Shown here: positions 37,652 to 47,719 of the stretch, piece by piece
How the letters are laid out: every line of letters starts with the position of its first letter
Numbering within the stretch: position 1 is the stretch's first letter
Source: an uncultured Gammaproteobacteria bacterium
Lineage (GTDB): Bacteria > Patescibacteriota > Microgenomatia > UBA1406
Length of the DNA stretch: 64,000 nucleotides
Assembly (NCBI GenBank): GCA_964414145.1
Contig: CAYPVH010000006.1
Span: 16,357 to 80,356, forward strand
Direction: 5' to 3'
Notes under the pieces: model-generated
Databases searched by the model: none
Seen by the model: only the letters and a program-made list of their open reading frames with translations
What the model was told of the DNA's origin: nothing
Program-made: the position numbers and the translations under genes

Positions 37652-38770
37652 ATGAAAAGTATAATTTTAGATTCAAAAACAAATTTAGAATTAAGTGGTA
37701 TTAACCGCCAAAAACATATATTCATTAGTGGTTTGCCGGGAAACGGTGTGGCAACTTACGTTTGCAATTTAATTAGCCAAGACGTTGAAAGCAAGCAAAC
37801 AACAATAGTTTTAGATTACTATGGTGACCTTTATAAAAAAGTAAAAAATACCACCAGCTACACTGATAATTTGGGTTATATTAAGCTAGGCGAAAATAAT
37901 TTTTCTTTGAACATCTTTGAAAACGTTGAAACCGAAACAGAAAAAATACTTTTAGTAAAAACTATTCTTGGGCAGTTAAGAAAATTGTTTGATCCACAAA
38001 GTTTAGGAATTATTGGACCACGATTTGAACAAGCAACAAGAAGCGCCATACTGGCAGTACTCTACGACAAAGAACCATCTTTTTTAAAGGTAGTAAAGTG
38101 CTTTACCGATAGCTCATACCTAAATCAATTACTCCTTAAAATTAAAGATCCAATGTTAAAAAATTACTTTGGAAAAGTAAAGGAAGGGCCAATTAGAAAT
38201 AATGACATTGGTGTTTTTATTACTTCTAAATTACTTCCTTTGGTTAGTGACTCAAGGATACAGTTGTTACTGAAAAGCAGCGACTACAGCAGAATTTTAG
38301 AAGAAGTAATTAAAAACAAACAAGCAATTATTTTAGATATGAGTATCTTTAAACACGAGGAAGATATGGAAGAATTTATTTATAGCTTGTTACTTTTTAA
38401 GCTAGAGCAAATTTTACAGAAAGACAAATCGGATAATAAAATTTCTGTTTATGTAGATGAAGTGCAATCTGCAGGGGAGGAATTAGCTAGTCTTTATAGG
38501 TTTAGCGGTAAGTACGGTTTAGCAATAACAGCTATAAGCACAAGGGCTTTACTAATTCCGGAATACTTACAATACGAAATTACCCGATCAGGCACAGTAG
38601 TTAGTTTTAGGCAATCTGTTTATGATAATCATTTTGTTGAAGAGTTGTTTGAAAATGAGGGCATTAAAAATGAAATAAAATTGTTAAACCTGCCGCAATT
38701 TAGTGTTTATATAAAAACACTAAACAATAAAGGCGGAACAAAGATTGAAAGACTAGATTTAAGTAAGTAG
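37652..38770 (+). CDS. HerA/VirD4-like P-loop protein with degenerate Walker A
   Basis: KHIFISGLPGNGVAT, VLDYYGD, IIGPRFE, VYVDEVQ, LLNLPQF. Confidence 0.7.
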   Translation: MKSIILDSKTNLELSGINRQKHIFISGLPGNGVATYVCNLISQDVESKQTTIVLDYYGDLYKKVKNTTSYTDNLGYIKLGENNFSLNIFENVETETEKILLVKTILGQLRKLFDPQSLGIIGPRFEQATRSAILAVLYDKEPSFLKVVKCFTDSSYLNQLLLKIKDPMLKNYFGKVKEGPIRNNDIGVFITSKLLPLVSDSRIQLLLKSSDYSRILEEVIKNKQAIILDMSIFKHEEDMEEFIYSLLLFKLEQILQKDKSDNKISVYVDEVQSAGEELASLYRFSGKYGLAITAISTRALLIPEYLQYEITRSGTVVSFRQSVYDNHFVEELFENEGIKNEIKLLNLPQFSVYIKTLNNKGGTKIERLDLSK

Positions 38771-38829
38771 ACATATTTTTATAATCAGTAACAGAACATC
38801 CTTAACGAGCAAAGGATTCCTTTGATAAA

Positions 38830-39014
38830 TTTAAAGTTTAAAGTTAATTAATAGAAATTGGTTTCTGGAAATTAGAAAATAGTAATAGAAATTAGATAGT
38901 AGAGAATGGATTACTGCTTTTGTATCTTAATTTATACTTCAAAATTAATCTTTGTTTGTTTATTGTAGTTTGAGATTTGTTTGGAAATTGCTTTTTGGAT
39001 TTTGGTGCTTATTT
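38830..39014 (-). repeat. Inverted copy of modules Y and X
   Basis: Reverse complement of the 39665-39760 and 39989-40075 blocks. Confidence 0.8.
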
Positions 39015-39121
39015 ACTTATTCTTATATTCTTAAATTCGCAAATTCATAAATTTTTATTTTTTCGTTTGCTTTTATTTGTATTTTGTTATACCTTATTAA
39101 AATTAATATTTATTTTTAACA

Positions 39122-39610
39122 ATCAAAAATAATAAAAATATTTGCTGCCCAGAGTTTGACCCCAGTTTGTGGAACGAAAAAAAACATATGTGGAAGAATA
39201 AGCTATTTATAAAATCGTCAATTCCGGTATTTTTTCACATTCCCCTACCTTTCCTGGTTGGCAATATAATGACAAAATTATGGAAAACAGCTGAAAAAGC
39301 TGGCGCTACCCCCAGTAAAAATGGCTTTCTCTGCTTAACATACGATCCCAACCCATTTGTAAGTGAATATTACATGCATGTAACCAAAGAAGTATCAGAC
39401 ATAAAAAATGTTAAACTTTCGGGTGAATTTATTAGCAAAGTTTATGATGGACCATTCAGTGAAGTTAATAATTGGTTAAAAGATATGACCGGTTATATTG
39501 AATCGCTTGGCAAAAATGTTTACCGAAATTTTTTATACTTTACCACTTGCCCCGAATGTGCCAAAAAATACAAGCATAATTATGTTGTGGTAGTAACTGA
39601 GACGGAATAA
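39122..39610 (+). CDS. GyrI-like conserved protein (CCP...TTCP.CAK), start uncertain
   Basis: Frame open from ATC 39122 through ICCPEFDP; YDGPF and FTTCPECAKKY; track start TTG 39167 omits CCP. Confidence 0.7.
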   Translation: MKNNKNICCPEFDPSLWNEKKHMWKNKLFIKSSIPVFFHIPLPFLVGNIMTKLWKTAEKAGATPSKNGFLCLTYDPNPFVSEYYMHVTKEVSDIKNVKLSGEFISKVYDGPFSEVNNWLKDMTGYIESLGKNVYRNFLYFTTCPECAKKYKHNYVVVVTETE

Positions 39611-40090
39611 ATTGCTACATTGTTAAATTGTTAAAAGTAAGAGTTATGATTTATGAGTTAAGAGAAATAAGCACCAAGATCCAAAAAACCCCACTTCGCC
39701 AATGCTTCGAGGGGCAGGTAATTTCCAAACAAATATCAAACTACAAATAACAAACAAAGGTAGGAATTTAAGAATTTGTATTATGTCATATTGAACGCTA
39801 GTGAAATATCCCATGGGATCCTTCGGTTACTTCGCTCCCTCGAGGATGACATATAAAGATCCTATGGGATTCCCGCCAAAGGCGGGCAAGTCCTCCGAAT
39901 CGGAGGGCAGGCTTCTGTTAAATCAGAATGACTAGTTAAATTGCTAAATTGCTGCATTGTTCCATTGTTTCATTGTTGAAAACAAAAACAGAAATCCATT
40001 CTCTACTTTCTTATTTCTATTACTATTTTCTAATTTCCAGAAACCAATTTCTAATTTATTAACTGTGAATTTTAAATTATTAATTTTAAT
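39610..40090 (+). repeat. Intergenic repeat cluster (module Y with insertion, REP-like palindromes, module X)
   Basis: Y at 39665-39760; TGTCAT...GGATGACA palindrome 39783-39853; hairpins 39872-39911; X at 39989. Confidence 0.8.
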
Positions 40091-40185
40091 TTAACTACTT
40101 ATCAGATATTTATAATAGCTCTACCCTTTCAGGTAAAAGTTGTTTATGTACCACTGGTCACATTTTATGGTAAAATTCTGCTTCT

Positions 40186-40470
40186 ATGAAAGAAATTCTT
40201 ACTGATAATGGGCAAAGCAAAGAAATAACCCCGGGGCAGACCGCTTGGATTTATGAAGGAGCAATTATTTATTTGTTTGGTAATACCAAAAGGCACTTAA
40301 TAGTTTCTGTTGGATTCGAAGCAGAATTTATCCGTCAAGAAGGTAATTTGTATTTTTTTATAATTACAAATGTTGCTACTGTTTTTAATTCTGACCAATC
40401 AAGCACTCAGTCGCTTAACCCGGGAATATCTTTTGCGGTTGCTAAAACAGCCTTCAAAAAACTCGCCTAA
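40186..40470 (+). CDS. Hypothetical protein
   Basis: 94 aa, TAAAAT just upstream. Confidence 0.5.
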   Translation: MKEILTDNGQSKEITPGQTAWIYEGAIIYLFGNTKRHLIVSVGFEAEFIRQEGNLYFFIITNVATVFNSDQSSTQSLNPGISFAVAKTAFKKLA

Positions 40471-40521
40471 AAATATATGGGCTTACAAATGAGGCGAAAA
40501 TTTAGTATATTAGTTTAAAAA

Positions 40522-42273
40522 ATGGACCAGATAGAAGAGATAAAAAGAAAACTAGATATTGTTGAGTTTATCAATAAATACACCCCTTTAACTAAACTTG
40601 GGCGAAACTTTAAGGCCAACTGCCCATTCCACAGTGAAAAAACCCCCTCGTTTGTTGTTTCACCCGAGCGGCAAATTTGGCACTGTTTTGGTGCTTGCAA
40701 CGAAGGTGGTGATATTTTTAAATTTTTAATGAAGTGGGACAATATTAGCTTTTTTGAAGCAGCACAAATTTTGGCAGAAGAGGCTGGAATTAAACTGGAG
40801 ATGAGCAAAAGCAAAGATAATACTTATAGTCAAAAGTCTCGAATTTATACGATTAATCAAATCGCGGCCGACTTCTATGCCTACATATTAAATGAACATA
40901 AAATTGGTAGTAAAGCCAGAGAGTATTTAAAGTTAAGGGGCGTTTCAGAAAAAACCAGAAAACACTTTCAGCTTGGCTATTCACCCAATTCCTGGGATTC
41001 TTTACTAAAATATCTACAAAAAAAGGGTTATACCAATGAAGAAATTGTAAACGCTGGTCTTTCAATAAAGTCCGGTAAAGGCCGAGTTTACGATCGGTTT
41101 CGAAGTCGTATTATGTTTCCGCTTACAACAAGTCGAGGAGAAGTTATTGGTTTTGGTGGCAGAACCCTGAATCAAAGTCAGAAAGAAGCCAAGTATATTA
41201 ATACTCCCGAAACACTTGTTTACAAAAAAAGAGAGCATCTTTACGGATTACAATTTGCTCAAAACAGTATAAGAGAGAAAAAAGAAGTAATTGTGGTGGA
41301 AGGTGAATTCGATGCAATATTAGCCCATCAAAACGGCTATAGCAATACCGTTGCCATAAAAGGTTCGGCCTTAACTAATGATCATTTAAAATTTTTAAGA
41401 CGTATCAGTGAAGTTATTGTCTTCGCCCTTGATATGGACTTGGCCGGTAGTGAAGCAGTTAAACGCGGCATAGTTGAGGCAGAAAAATTCGATTTCCAAA
41501 TGGAAGTAATACAACTTACGGGCAATAAAGACCCAGCCTACGTTTTCTTAAAAGACCCGCTAATATTTAAAGAGGCATATAAAAAAAGAAGTACTATTTA
41601 CGATTTTTTAATTAACTCCAGTCAAAAAAATCATAACATTAAAACTGCCTATGGCAAAAAAAGGGTAGCTGAAGAAGTAATGCCCTATTTATTAAGAATA
41701 AAGAATCCGATTGTTCAGGATTACTATTTAAAACAATTAGCTAACCAATGTGACATTCCCTTCGATTCATTAAAACGTTCCTTATTTTTATTGGAAAGAA
41801 AAATCAGCAGTAAAGATTTAAATAAAACTCTGGTAACTGTTAAAGATAAAAGACCAATTGACGAAATGCTAGAGGAACATTTGATTGCACTTTTAGTACA
41901 AGCCGATTCACCCAGGGTTTTTTTTAGTCAGGTAGACAAACACTTATCTCTTGCCGACTTCAACAGCCCCTCAACTTTTAAATTAATCCAGATTGCCAAA
42001 AATAAATTCGAGAAAGAAGGAATTAAATATTTGGAAGAACTTGAAAAAGATATTCCCAAGGAGTTAATCGAACTATACAATAAAGCCCATCTGCTTGAAT
42101 TTAAAAAACAAAACAATAATTGGGAAAAAGAAATTAAAAAAACAGTACTCTCTGTTAAGAAATATTCATTAAAAAAACAAATTCAAAAAATAATGAATTC
42201 AGTGGATGAAAAGGGCTTAACTGATAAAATGATTTTGCTAAAAGAAGTGGACAAATCGCTCTCAATATTATAA
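40522..42273 (+). CDS. dnaG: DNA primase
   Basis: [11 protein letters not shown] zinc finger, VVEGEFD, D.D.AG Toprim. Confidence 0.97.
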   Translation: MDQIEEIKRKLDIVEFINKYTPLTKLGRNFKANCPFHSEKTPSFVVSPERQIWHCFGACNEGGDIFKFLMKWDNISFFEAAQILAEEAGIKLEMSKSKDNTYSQKSRIYTINQIAADFYAYILNEHKIGSKAREYLKLRGVSEKTRKHFQLGYSPNSWDSLLKYLQKKGYTNEEIVNAGLSIKSGKGRVYDRFRSRIMFPLTTSRGEVIGFGGRTLNQSQKEAKYINTPETLVYKKREHLYGLQFAQNSIREKKEVIVVEGEFDAILAHQNGYSNTVAIKGSALTNDHLKFLRRISEVIVFALDMDLAGSEAVKRGIVEAEKFDFQMEVIQLTGNKDPAYVFLKDPLIFKEAYKKRSTIYDFLINSSQKNHNIKTAYGKKRVAEEVMPYLLRIKNPIVQDYYLKQLANQCDIPFDSLKRSLFLLERKISSKDLNKTLVTVKDKRPIDEMLEEHLIALLVQADSPRVFFSQVDKHLSLADFNSPSTFKLIQIAKNKFEKEGIKYLEELEKDIPKELIELYNKAHLLEFKKQNNNWEKEIKKTVLSVKKYSLKKQIQKIMNSVDEKGLTDKMILLKEVDKSLSIL

Positions 42274-42274
42274 A

Positions 42275-43381
42275 ATGATACATAATATGGCAGTTTCTGC
42301 AAAAATATTCCCCAAGTCTGTTCGAGCATTTATTAAAGACGGCGCAATCGCCGGATTTGTAGTACTTGACGACATACTTTCTTTATACCCGGAGCCAGAA
42401 AAAAATGTTGAAGAGTTAGACAATTTATTTGATTACCTCCTTGAACACAAGACAGATGTATTTGAAAACGTTTCCACCAGAGAAGAACAAGAAGCTAAAA
42501 AAAGTACCGAAGAGTTGGAAAAGGAACTTGAAGGTATGATAAAGCTTGAGAAAGGTGAATCGCTGGACCCAATAAAAATTTACTTAAAAGAAATTGGTTC
42601 GCACCCTCTGTTAACTTTTCAGGAAGAAATTGAACTGGCCAAAGGCTATGAGCAGGAAAACGAAGCCGCTAGACGAAAATTAATTGTTTCAAATTTACGT
42701 TTAGTTGTTTCTGTTGCCAAGAAACACATCGGTCGAGGTCTATCGTTTTTAGATTTAATTCAGGAAGGTAATCAGGGATTAATGAAGGCAGTTGAAAAAT
42801 ATGACTGGCGCCGAGGTTATAAATTTTCTACATATGCAACTTGGTGGATTAGGCAAGCTATTACTCGTGCCATTGCTGACCAATCCAGAACAATTAGAAT
42901 TCCGGTTCACATGGTAGAAAACATTAATAAGCTGTATAAAACTCAGAGAAAATTAATGCAAAAATATAACCGAACCCCGAGTGTAAAGGAATTGTCTAAA
43001 GAACTAGAGATGAAAGAAGATGAGGTTAAAAATCTTTTTAGAATTAGCCAAAGAACCACTTCATTGTCAACAGCAATCAATGACGAAGAAGACGCAACCT
43101 TAGAGGACTTTATAAAAGACCCAAACCAAAGTAGTATTTATGATAATGTAACTAACAAATTTATTAAGGAATACCTGTTTGAAGTACTAGACACTTTAAC
43201 ACCTCGGGAAAGAAAAGTTTTAGTTTTAAGATACGGCTTGGAAGATGGAAAACCACGAACCCTTGAGGAAGTTGGTCGCCAATTTAGCGTAACTCGCGAA
43301 AGAATTAGGCAAATTGAAGCCAAGGCAATTCGTAAATTAAAACATCCGTCCCGGGCTAAAAAACTTAGGGGTTTAATGTAA
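42275..43381 (+). CDS. rpoD: Primary sigma factor
   Basis: [36 protein letters not shown]; follows dnaG. Confidence 0.97.
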   Translation: MIHNMAVSAKIFPKSVRAFIKDGAIAGFVVLDDILSLYPEPEKNVEELDNLFDYLLEHKTDVFENVSTREEQEAKKSTEELEKELEGMIKLEKGESLDPIKIYLKEIGSHPLLTFQEEIELAKGYEQENEAARRKLIVSNLRLVVSVAKKHIGRGLSFLDLIQEGNQGLMKAVEKYDWRRGYKFSTYATWWIRQAITRAIADQSRTIRIPVHMVENINKLYKTQRKLMQKYNRTPSVKELSKELEMKEDEVKNLFRISQRTTSLSTAINDEEDATLEDFIKDPNQSSIYDNVTNKFIKEYLFEVLDTLTPRERKVLVLRYGLEDGKPRTLEEVGRQFSVTRERIRQIEAKAIRKLKHPSRAKKLRGLM

Positions 43382-43392
43382 ATTTTTTGATT

Positions 43393-44454
43393 CTACAGTT
43401 CAATTTTACTGATACTACCTTTGACTAACTTAACTATTTCCCAATCTGCAGTTGTTATTAGACTCTGATAGTTATTGGCTATTGTAAGCGCCAGTTCTGC
43501 GTTTTCCCTATCCAGTTCCGAAAAACAGTCATCGAGCAAAAAAATTGGTTTTTTACCCAAACGTTTTTCCAAATAACTTAATTCAGATACTTTTAGCCAT
43601 AAAACTACCAAACGCTGTTCACTTCTTGACCCGTATAAACTAAGATCTTTTTTCACATCTGACTTTAATTTGAAGAAAGCAAAGTCATCAAGTTGCGGCC
43701 CAATCAAAGTTTTTCCCATTTCTAATTCTTTTTTCTGAAACAGAGCAGCTCGTTCCATATTAAATATACTGGCTCTATATTCTATGTTAAAACTTACCGT
43801 AGTTAATTTATTTTGTGAATTTAAATATTCAACAAAGGCTTTTCGTTGTTCATAAATAACAAGAGCATTCTTAATTAAGAAAGTATCCCAAAACCGAAGT
43901 ACTTCTAAAAAGTTATCAGCTTTATATTTTTTCTGATTCTCGAGTAATTTATTCCTTTTGTACAAACCCTTACTATAATTATTCTTTGCTTGATAATAAG
44001 TATAGTTAACTCTTTCTAAGATTTGATTAACATAATCCCGTCTTAAACTTGGTGATCCGGTAATAATAGCAATGTCGGATGGTTGAAATAAAACAGTGGG
44101 AATAGTACGAGAAACATAGTCTTTATAGCTTTTTTTTAAATCATTAACAAAAAAATACTTCTCTGTTTTATTTTTCTGTTTTTGTAGTCGAATAGAAAAA
44201 TAAAACTCTTCATTATCTTCTTTATCAAAATACTTTGCTTTTACTAATGCACTTTCCCGACTGTTTTCAAGAAGATTGTCTAATTGTTTTTCACGAAATC
44301 CATGGCAGTTATTTAAAAAGTAAACAGCTTCTAGTAGATTTGTTTTGCCAATAGCATTTTTGCCAATGATTAGTGTTTGCTTATCGTTAAAACTAAAAAC
44401 AGTTTTTTTTAAGAAATTTCTAAAACCTTCAATAGTAATTGACTTTAATATCAT
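43393..44454 (-). CDS. recF: DNA replication/repair protein RecF
   Basis: GFRN, GKNAIGKTNLLEA, GSRSEQR, LLDDCFSELD; ATG 44454. Confidence 0.92.
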   Translation of the reverse strand: MILKSITIEGFRNFLKKTVFSFNDKQTLIIGKNAIGKTNLLEAVYFLNNCHGFREKQLDNLLENSRESALVKAKYFDKEDNEEFYFSIRLQKQKNKTEKYFFVNDLKKSYKDYVSRTIPTVLFQPSDIAIITGSPSLRRDYVNQILERVNYTYYQAKNNYSKGLYKRNKLLENQKKYKADNFLEVLRFWDTFLIKNALVIYEQRKAFVEYLNSQNKLTTVSFNIEYRASIFNMERAALFQKKELEMGKTLIGPQLDDFAFFKLKSDVKKDLSLYGSRSEQRLVVLWLKVSELSYLEKRLGKKPIFLLDDCFSELDRENAELALTIANNYQSLITTADWEIVKLVKGSISKIEL

Positions 44455-44480
44455 AGCTGATGTCACCACAAAACCCACCT

Positions 44481-45794
44481 TTATTGATTTTTCTTTAATA
44501 AGTATATGGTTTCGATAGCTGAGGGAAGCTTAAAATATTTACGTGCTACAGATATAGATTGAATAGAGTTAAACAACCTATCCCAAAAACCTTGGGAAAA
44601 AACAGAAAGATGAGAAGGGTCGTCGCCATGAGTAAAGTGCAATAGTGAGTTTTCTTTCGTATAGATTTTGTGTAAAACACTTTTTTTAGCTACCCGTACT
44701 GTTTCTTTTGCGGCTTTTTTTAAATTTGACCTTTCCAGGTGTTCAAGCACATCAAAAGTAACCACCATATCGAAAGAATTATTTTTAAACGGTAGTTTTA
44801 AAACATCTCCCTTTATTAGAAACGGTTGCACTTCCTCGTTGGCAAGTTCTAAGGCCTCTTTAGATATTTCTACTCCCTTGGCGTCTACACCCAATCTTCG
44901 TAACGCCGAGACTAATTCGCCGGTACCGCAACCTACATCTAGTAAAGTTTTTGGATTAAATTGGGTTTTAATGTAGAGTGCCCTGTACCAAGCAGCTAAC
45001 TTGCGCATTGAGTTATTAATGAAATTAGAGTTAATATAATACTTGTATTCACCTTTCCCCCCGAAATAATAATCGCGATTATAATAAGCAGCTGACACTT
45101 CATAAGGTCTGATTACAGAACCCTTAAAACTTTCGCCGTCAAGTATACGCTGTAAGTTTCTAAAGTCGTCACCTTTTGTAATAATAGTTGTTAAGTCTAG
45201 TGCTTTTGCAAGTTGCGCTGCGACCGGATCAAATGGCGCCGACAGGCCCGGAACCCATTTGTCACCAACTAAAGTTTCGTAATACTTCCAGGTAGTTTTT
45301 TCTATTTTTTGCGCGTTCTTGAACTTTCTTGGATCTTTGTCATAAACCCAGTAAATATTGGAAAGATTAATAATAAGACTGGCCCCATAATCTCTGGCCA
45401 TGATTACTGCGTCGTAATCGGTTGACCAACCCGGTTTCCAACCACCACCAATAACAATTGGTTCTTTTAAATTATAAATTTTTCGGTCATAGTTTTCTAC
45501 AATTCGATTATGAGCTACATCTCTAAAAATTGTACGTAAAAGATGTGCATTAAGCCGAGTGGCGTGAATTCCCAACCAATCCAAGTCTTCGTCTGTAAGT
45601 TTGTCTACAACATCACGGCCCGAATCAATATAATGCCTTGCTGTTTTGCCACCGCCAGCTATTAAGAAAAACCGCCTATTCTTGGAAATGTTACTTCTGA
45701 TAAAACGATTTAATTTGCTTAGAAAGTCGGTATTTGGTCCGCCATTTGGAACAATAAGCGAACCACCAACCGAAATAACAATTGATTCCTTCAT
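44481..45794 (-). CDS. pyrH: Archaeal-type UMP kinase fused to class I SAM methyltransferase
   Basis: SVGGS, GGGKTAR, PGWSTD, PFDP; C-terminal LLDVGCGTG, DVLEH. Confidence 0.88.
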   Translation of the reverse strand: MKESIVISVGGSLIVPNGGPNTDFLSKLNRFIRSNISKNRRFFLIAGGGKTARHYIDSGRDVVDKLTDEDLDWLGIHATRLNAHLLRTIFRDVAHNRIVENYDRKIYNLKEPIVIGGGWKPGWSTDYDAVIMARDYGASLIINLSNIYWVYDKDPRKFKNAQKIEKTTWKYYETLVGDKWVPGLSAPFDPVAAQLAKALDLTTIITKGDDFRNLQRILDGESFKGSVIRPYEVSAAYYNRDYYFGGKGEYKYYINSNFINNSMRKLAAWYRALYIKTQFNPKTLLDVGCGTGELVSALRRLGVDAKGVEISKEALELANEEVQPFLIKGDVLKLPFKNNSFDMVVTFDVLEHLERSNLKKAAKETVRVAKKSVLHKIYTKENSLLHFTHGDDPSHLSVFSQGFWDRLFNSIQSISVARKYFKLPSAIETIYLLKKNQ

Positions 45795-46012
45795 TTTATT
45801 ATTTTATTTTCACCGAAAAAAAAACCGCCCTTACGGCGGTTGTCATTTTTTGTTTTTTCAAAACAAAAAAACATAATTTTTAATTTGGCTTTTCCTAATC
45901 TGCATAAGTTGGTGACTCATTTGTAATTTTCAATTATAAAGTATCTTCTGTGTTTGTGCAAACCGGATTTGTCTTTTTTTAACTACATTTTTTGTATTTT
46001 TTTATATAAAAA

Positions 46013-47692
46013 CTAATCTTTACTGCTTTGCACAATATGCTTTACATTTAATTGTGGTTCAACTCTGCCATTCCACCTATTTATTTCCACAGTATAGGCA
46101 ATGCTGAGCGCTTCTTCACTTGATAAATTATTAAGAACAGTTTTGAAGTTAAAAGCTATTGCCTTACTTAATTTATTCGAGACCGGTTCTAAAATAGATA
46201 TTTGATAGTGATTGCCATTTTTACCTACCGGTCGTTTATACACTAGCTGAGTATTTTTACTTAAAAATATCGGTTTTTTGTTACCTTCTCCATATGGTTC
46301 AAGAGTTTCAAGTAATTCAGCAAGTTCCAAGCTAATATTCTCGAGTGATAGAGCCAGATCAATAACTATTTCCTTTTTTTGTATTATTTCTTTTTGTTTT
46401 TTTAATATTGTTTTTAGTAATTGGTTTTTAAAATCCTTAATATTTTCCTTTAGCAAACTAAATCCTGCAGCTTTAGCATGACCCCCACAACTTTCAAGAA
46501 GTGATTTATTTTTGGCAAGAATATCAACCAAATTTAAACCGTCTATTGATCTGGCACTTCCTTTAACAATTTTTTCTTTTATTGCGGCTACAAAAACCGG
46601 TTTACCGTATTTATCCACTAATTTTGATGCCAATAACCCAACTATGCCTTCGTCAAACTTTTCCGAATAAACAAATATACAACTATTGTCTTTCTGTAGC
46701 TTTGCCATTTCAAGAGCAATAACCACTTGTTCTTGCATTTTCTTTTGTCTGTTTTGATTAACCTGTATCAGTTCTTCTGCCAATACCTGTGCTTGAGTTT
46801 TGCTTCTGGTACACAACAAGCGTAGTGCATTCATTGCCGACCCCATTCTGCCTGCCGCATTAATTCTTGGCGCAATAGTATAACCGATGTCATTTGCAGA
46901 ATATTTTGCTTTTTTACCTAAGCCACAAGAATTAATTAATGCTGGAAGACCAGGTAAGCTTGAGTGCTTAATCCGCTTTAATGCAAAATAAGCCAAACTT
47001 CTTGAAACACCGACTAAAGGTACAAGATCGGCAATTATGCCAATTCCGGCAAAAACAAGAAAATCATTTTCCAACATTTTTTTTAAACGACTACTTTTAT
47101 AATGATTATCTAGAGCAGCACAAAAATAATAGGCAATTCCGGATGCGCTTGTTTTTTGAGAATGAATTATAGAAAGTGCACTACGGGGCAAAGAACTTCC
47201 CACTTGGTGGTGATCAACTACAATAGTGTCGATATTCTTATTTTTTAGTGTCTTAATATATGATTCTCCGGTAATTCCGTGGTCCAGTGAGATAATTAAT
47301 TTTGGCGAAAATTCATTTATAACATTTTTTATTCCGGCATGAGTAAAACCATAGCCTTCTTCTTCCCGACTACCAATATATGGCATTACTTTAAAACCTA
47401 AAATATCTAATGCTTGCCATAATATTGCCGCACTGGTAATGCCGTCTGCGTCGTAATCGCTATAAATAACAACCCGTTCCGAATTTTTTTTTGCCTTAAT
47501 TAATCTTTGAATACTTTTAGTAATTTGGGTTTTACTTATACCTAAGGTTTCGAGAGAAAAATTACTGGGGTTGGGCGGGTTAATAAACGAGTCATGATTT
47601 TCGTCGGGTATACCTCTATTCCTCAGTAGAGTTGATATAATATTCTTTGGTTGGTAAAACGACGTAATCTGATCTAATATATTGAATTGCAT
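46013..47692 (-). CDS. recJ: ssDNA exonuclease RecJ
   Basis: DYDADG, DHH, PRINAAGR, GGHAKAAG, LEPYG. Confidence 0.95.
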   Translation of the reverse strand: MQFNILDQITSFYQPKNIISTLLRNRGIPDENHDSFINPPNPSNFSLETLGISKTQITKSIQRLIKAKKNSERVVIYSDYDADGITSAAILWQALDILGFKVMPYIGSREEEGYGFTHAGIKNVINEFSPKLIISLDHGITGESYIKTLKNKNIDTIVVDHHQVGSSLPRSALSIIHSQKTSASGIAYYFCAALDNHYKSSRLKKMLENDFLVFAGIGIIADLVPLVGVSRSLAYFALKRIKHSSLPGLPALINSCGLGKKAKYSANDIGYTIAPRINAAGRMGSAMNALRLLCTRSKTQAQVLAEELIQVNQNRQKKMQEQVVIALEMAKLQKDNSCIFVYSEKFDEGIVGLLASKLVDKYGKPVFVAAIKEKIVKGSARSIDGLNLVDILAKNKSLLESCGGHAKAAGFSLLKENIKDFKNQLLKTILKKQKEIIQKKEIVIDLALSLENISLELAELLETLEPYGEGNKKPIFLSKNTQLVYKRPVGKNGNHYQISILEPVSNKLSKAIAFNFKTVLNNLSSEEALSIAYTVEINRWNGRVEPQLNVKHIVQSSKD

Positions 47693-47719
47693 AATAACAG
47701 CACTAATAATAACAAAAAA

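Noticed and set aside
32945-40090. Possible CRISPR array or integron attC array
   Set aside because: Repeats are irregularly spaced, in both orientations, without constant-length spacers; no cas or intI gene in the window.
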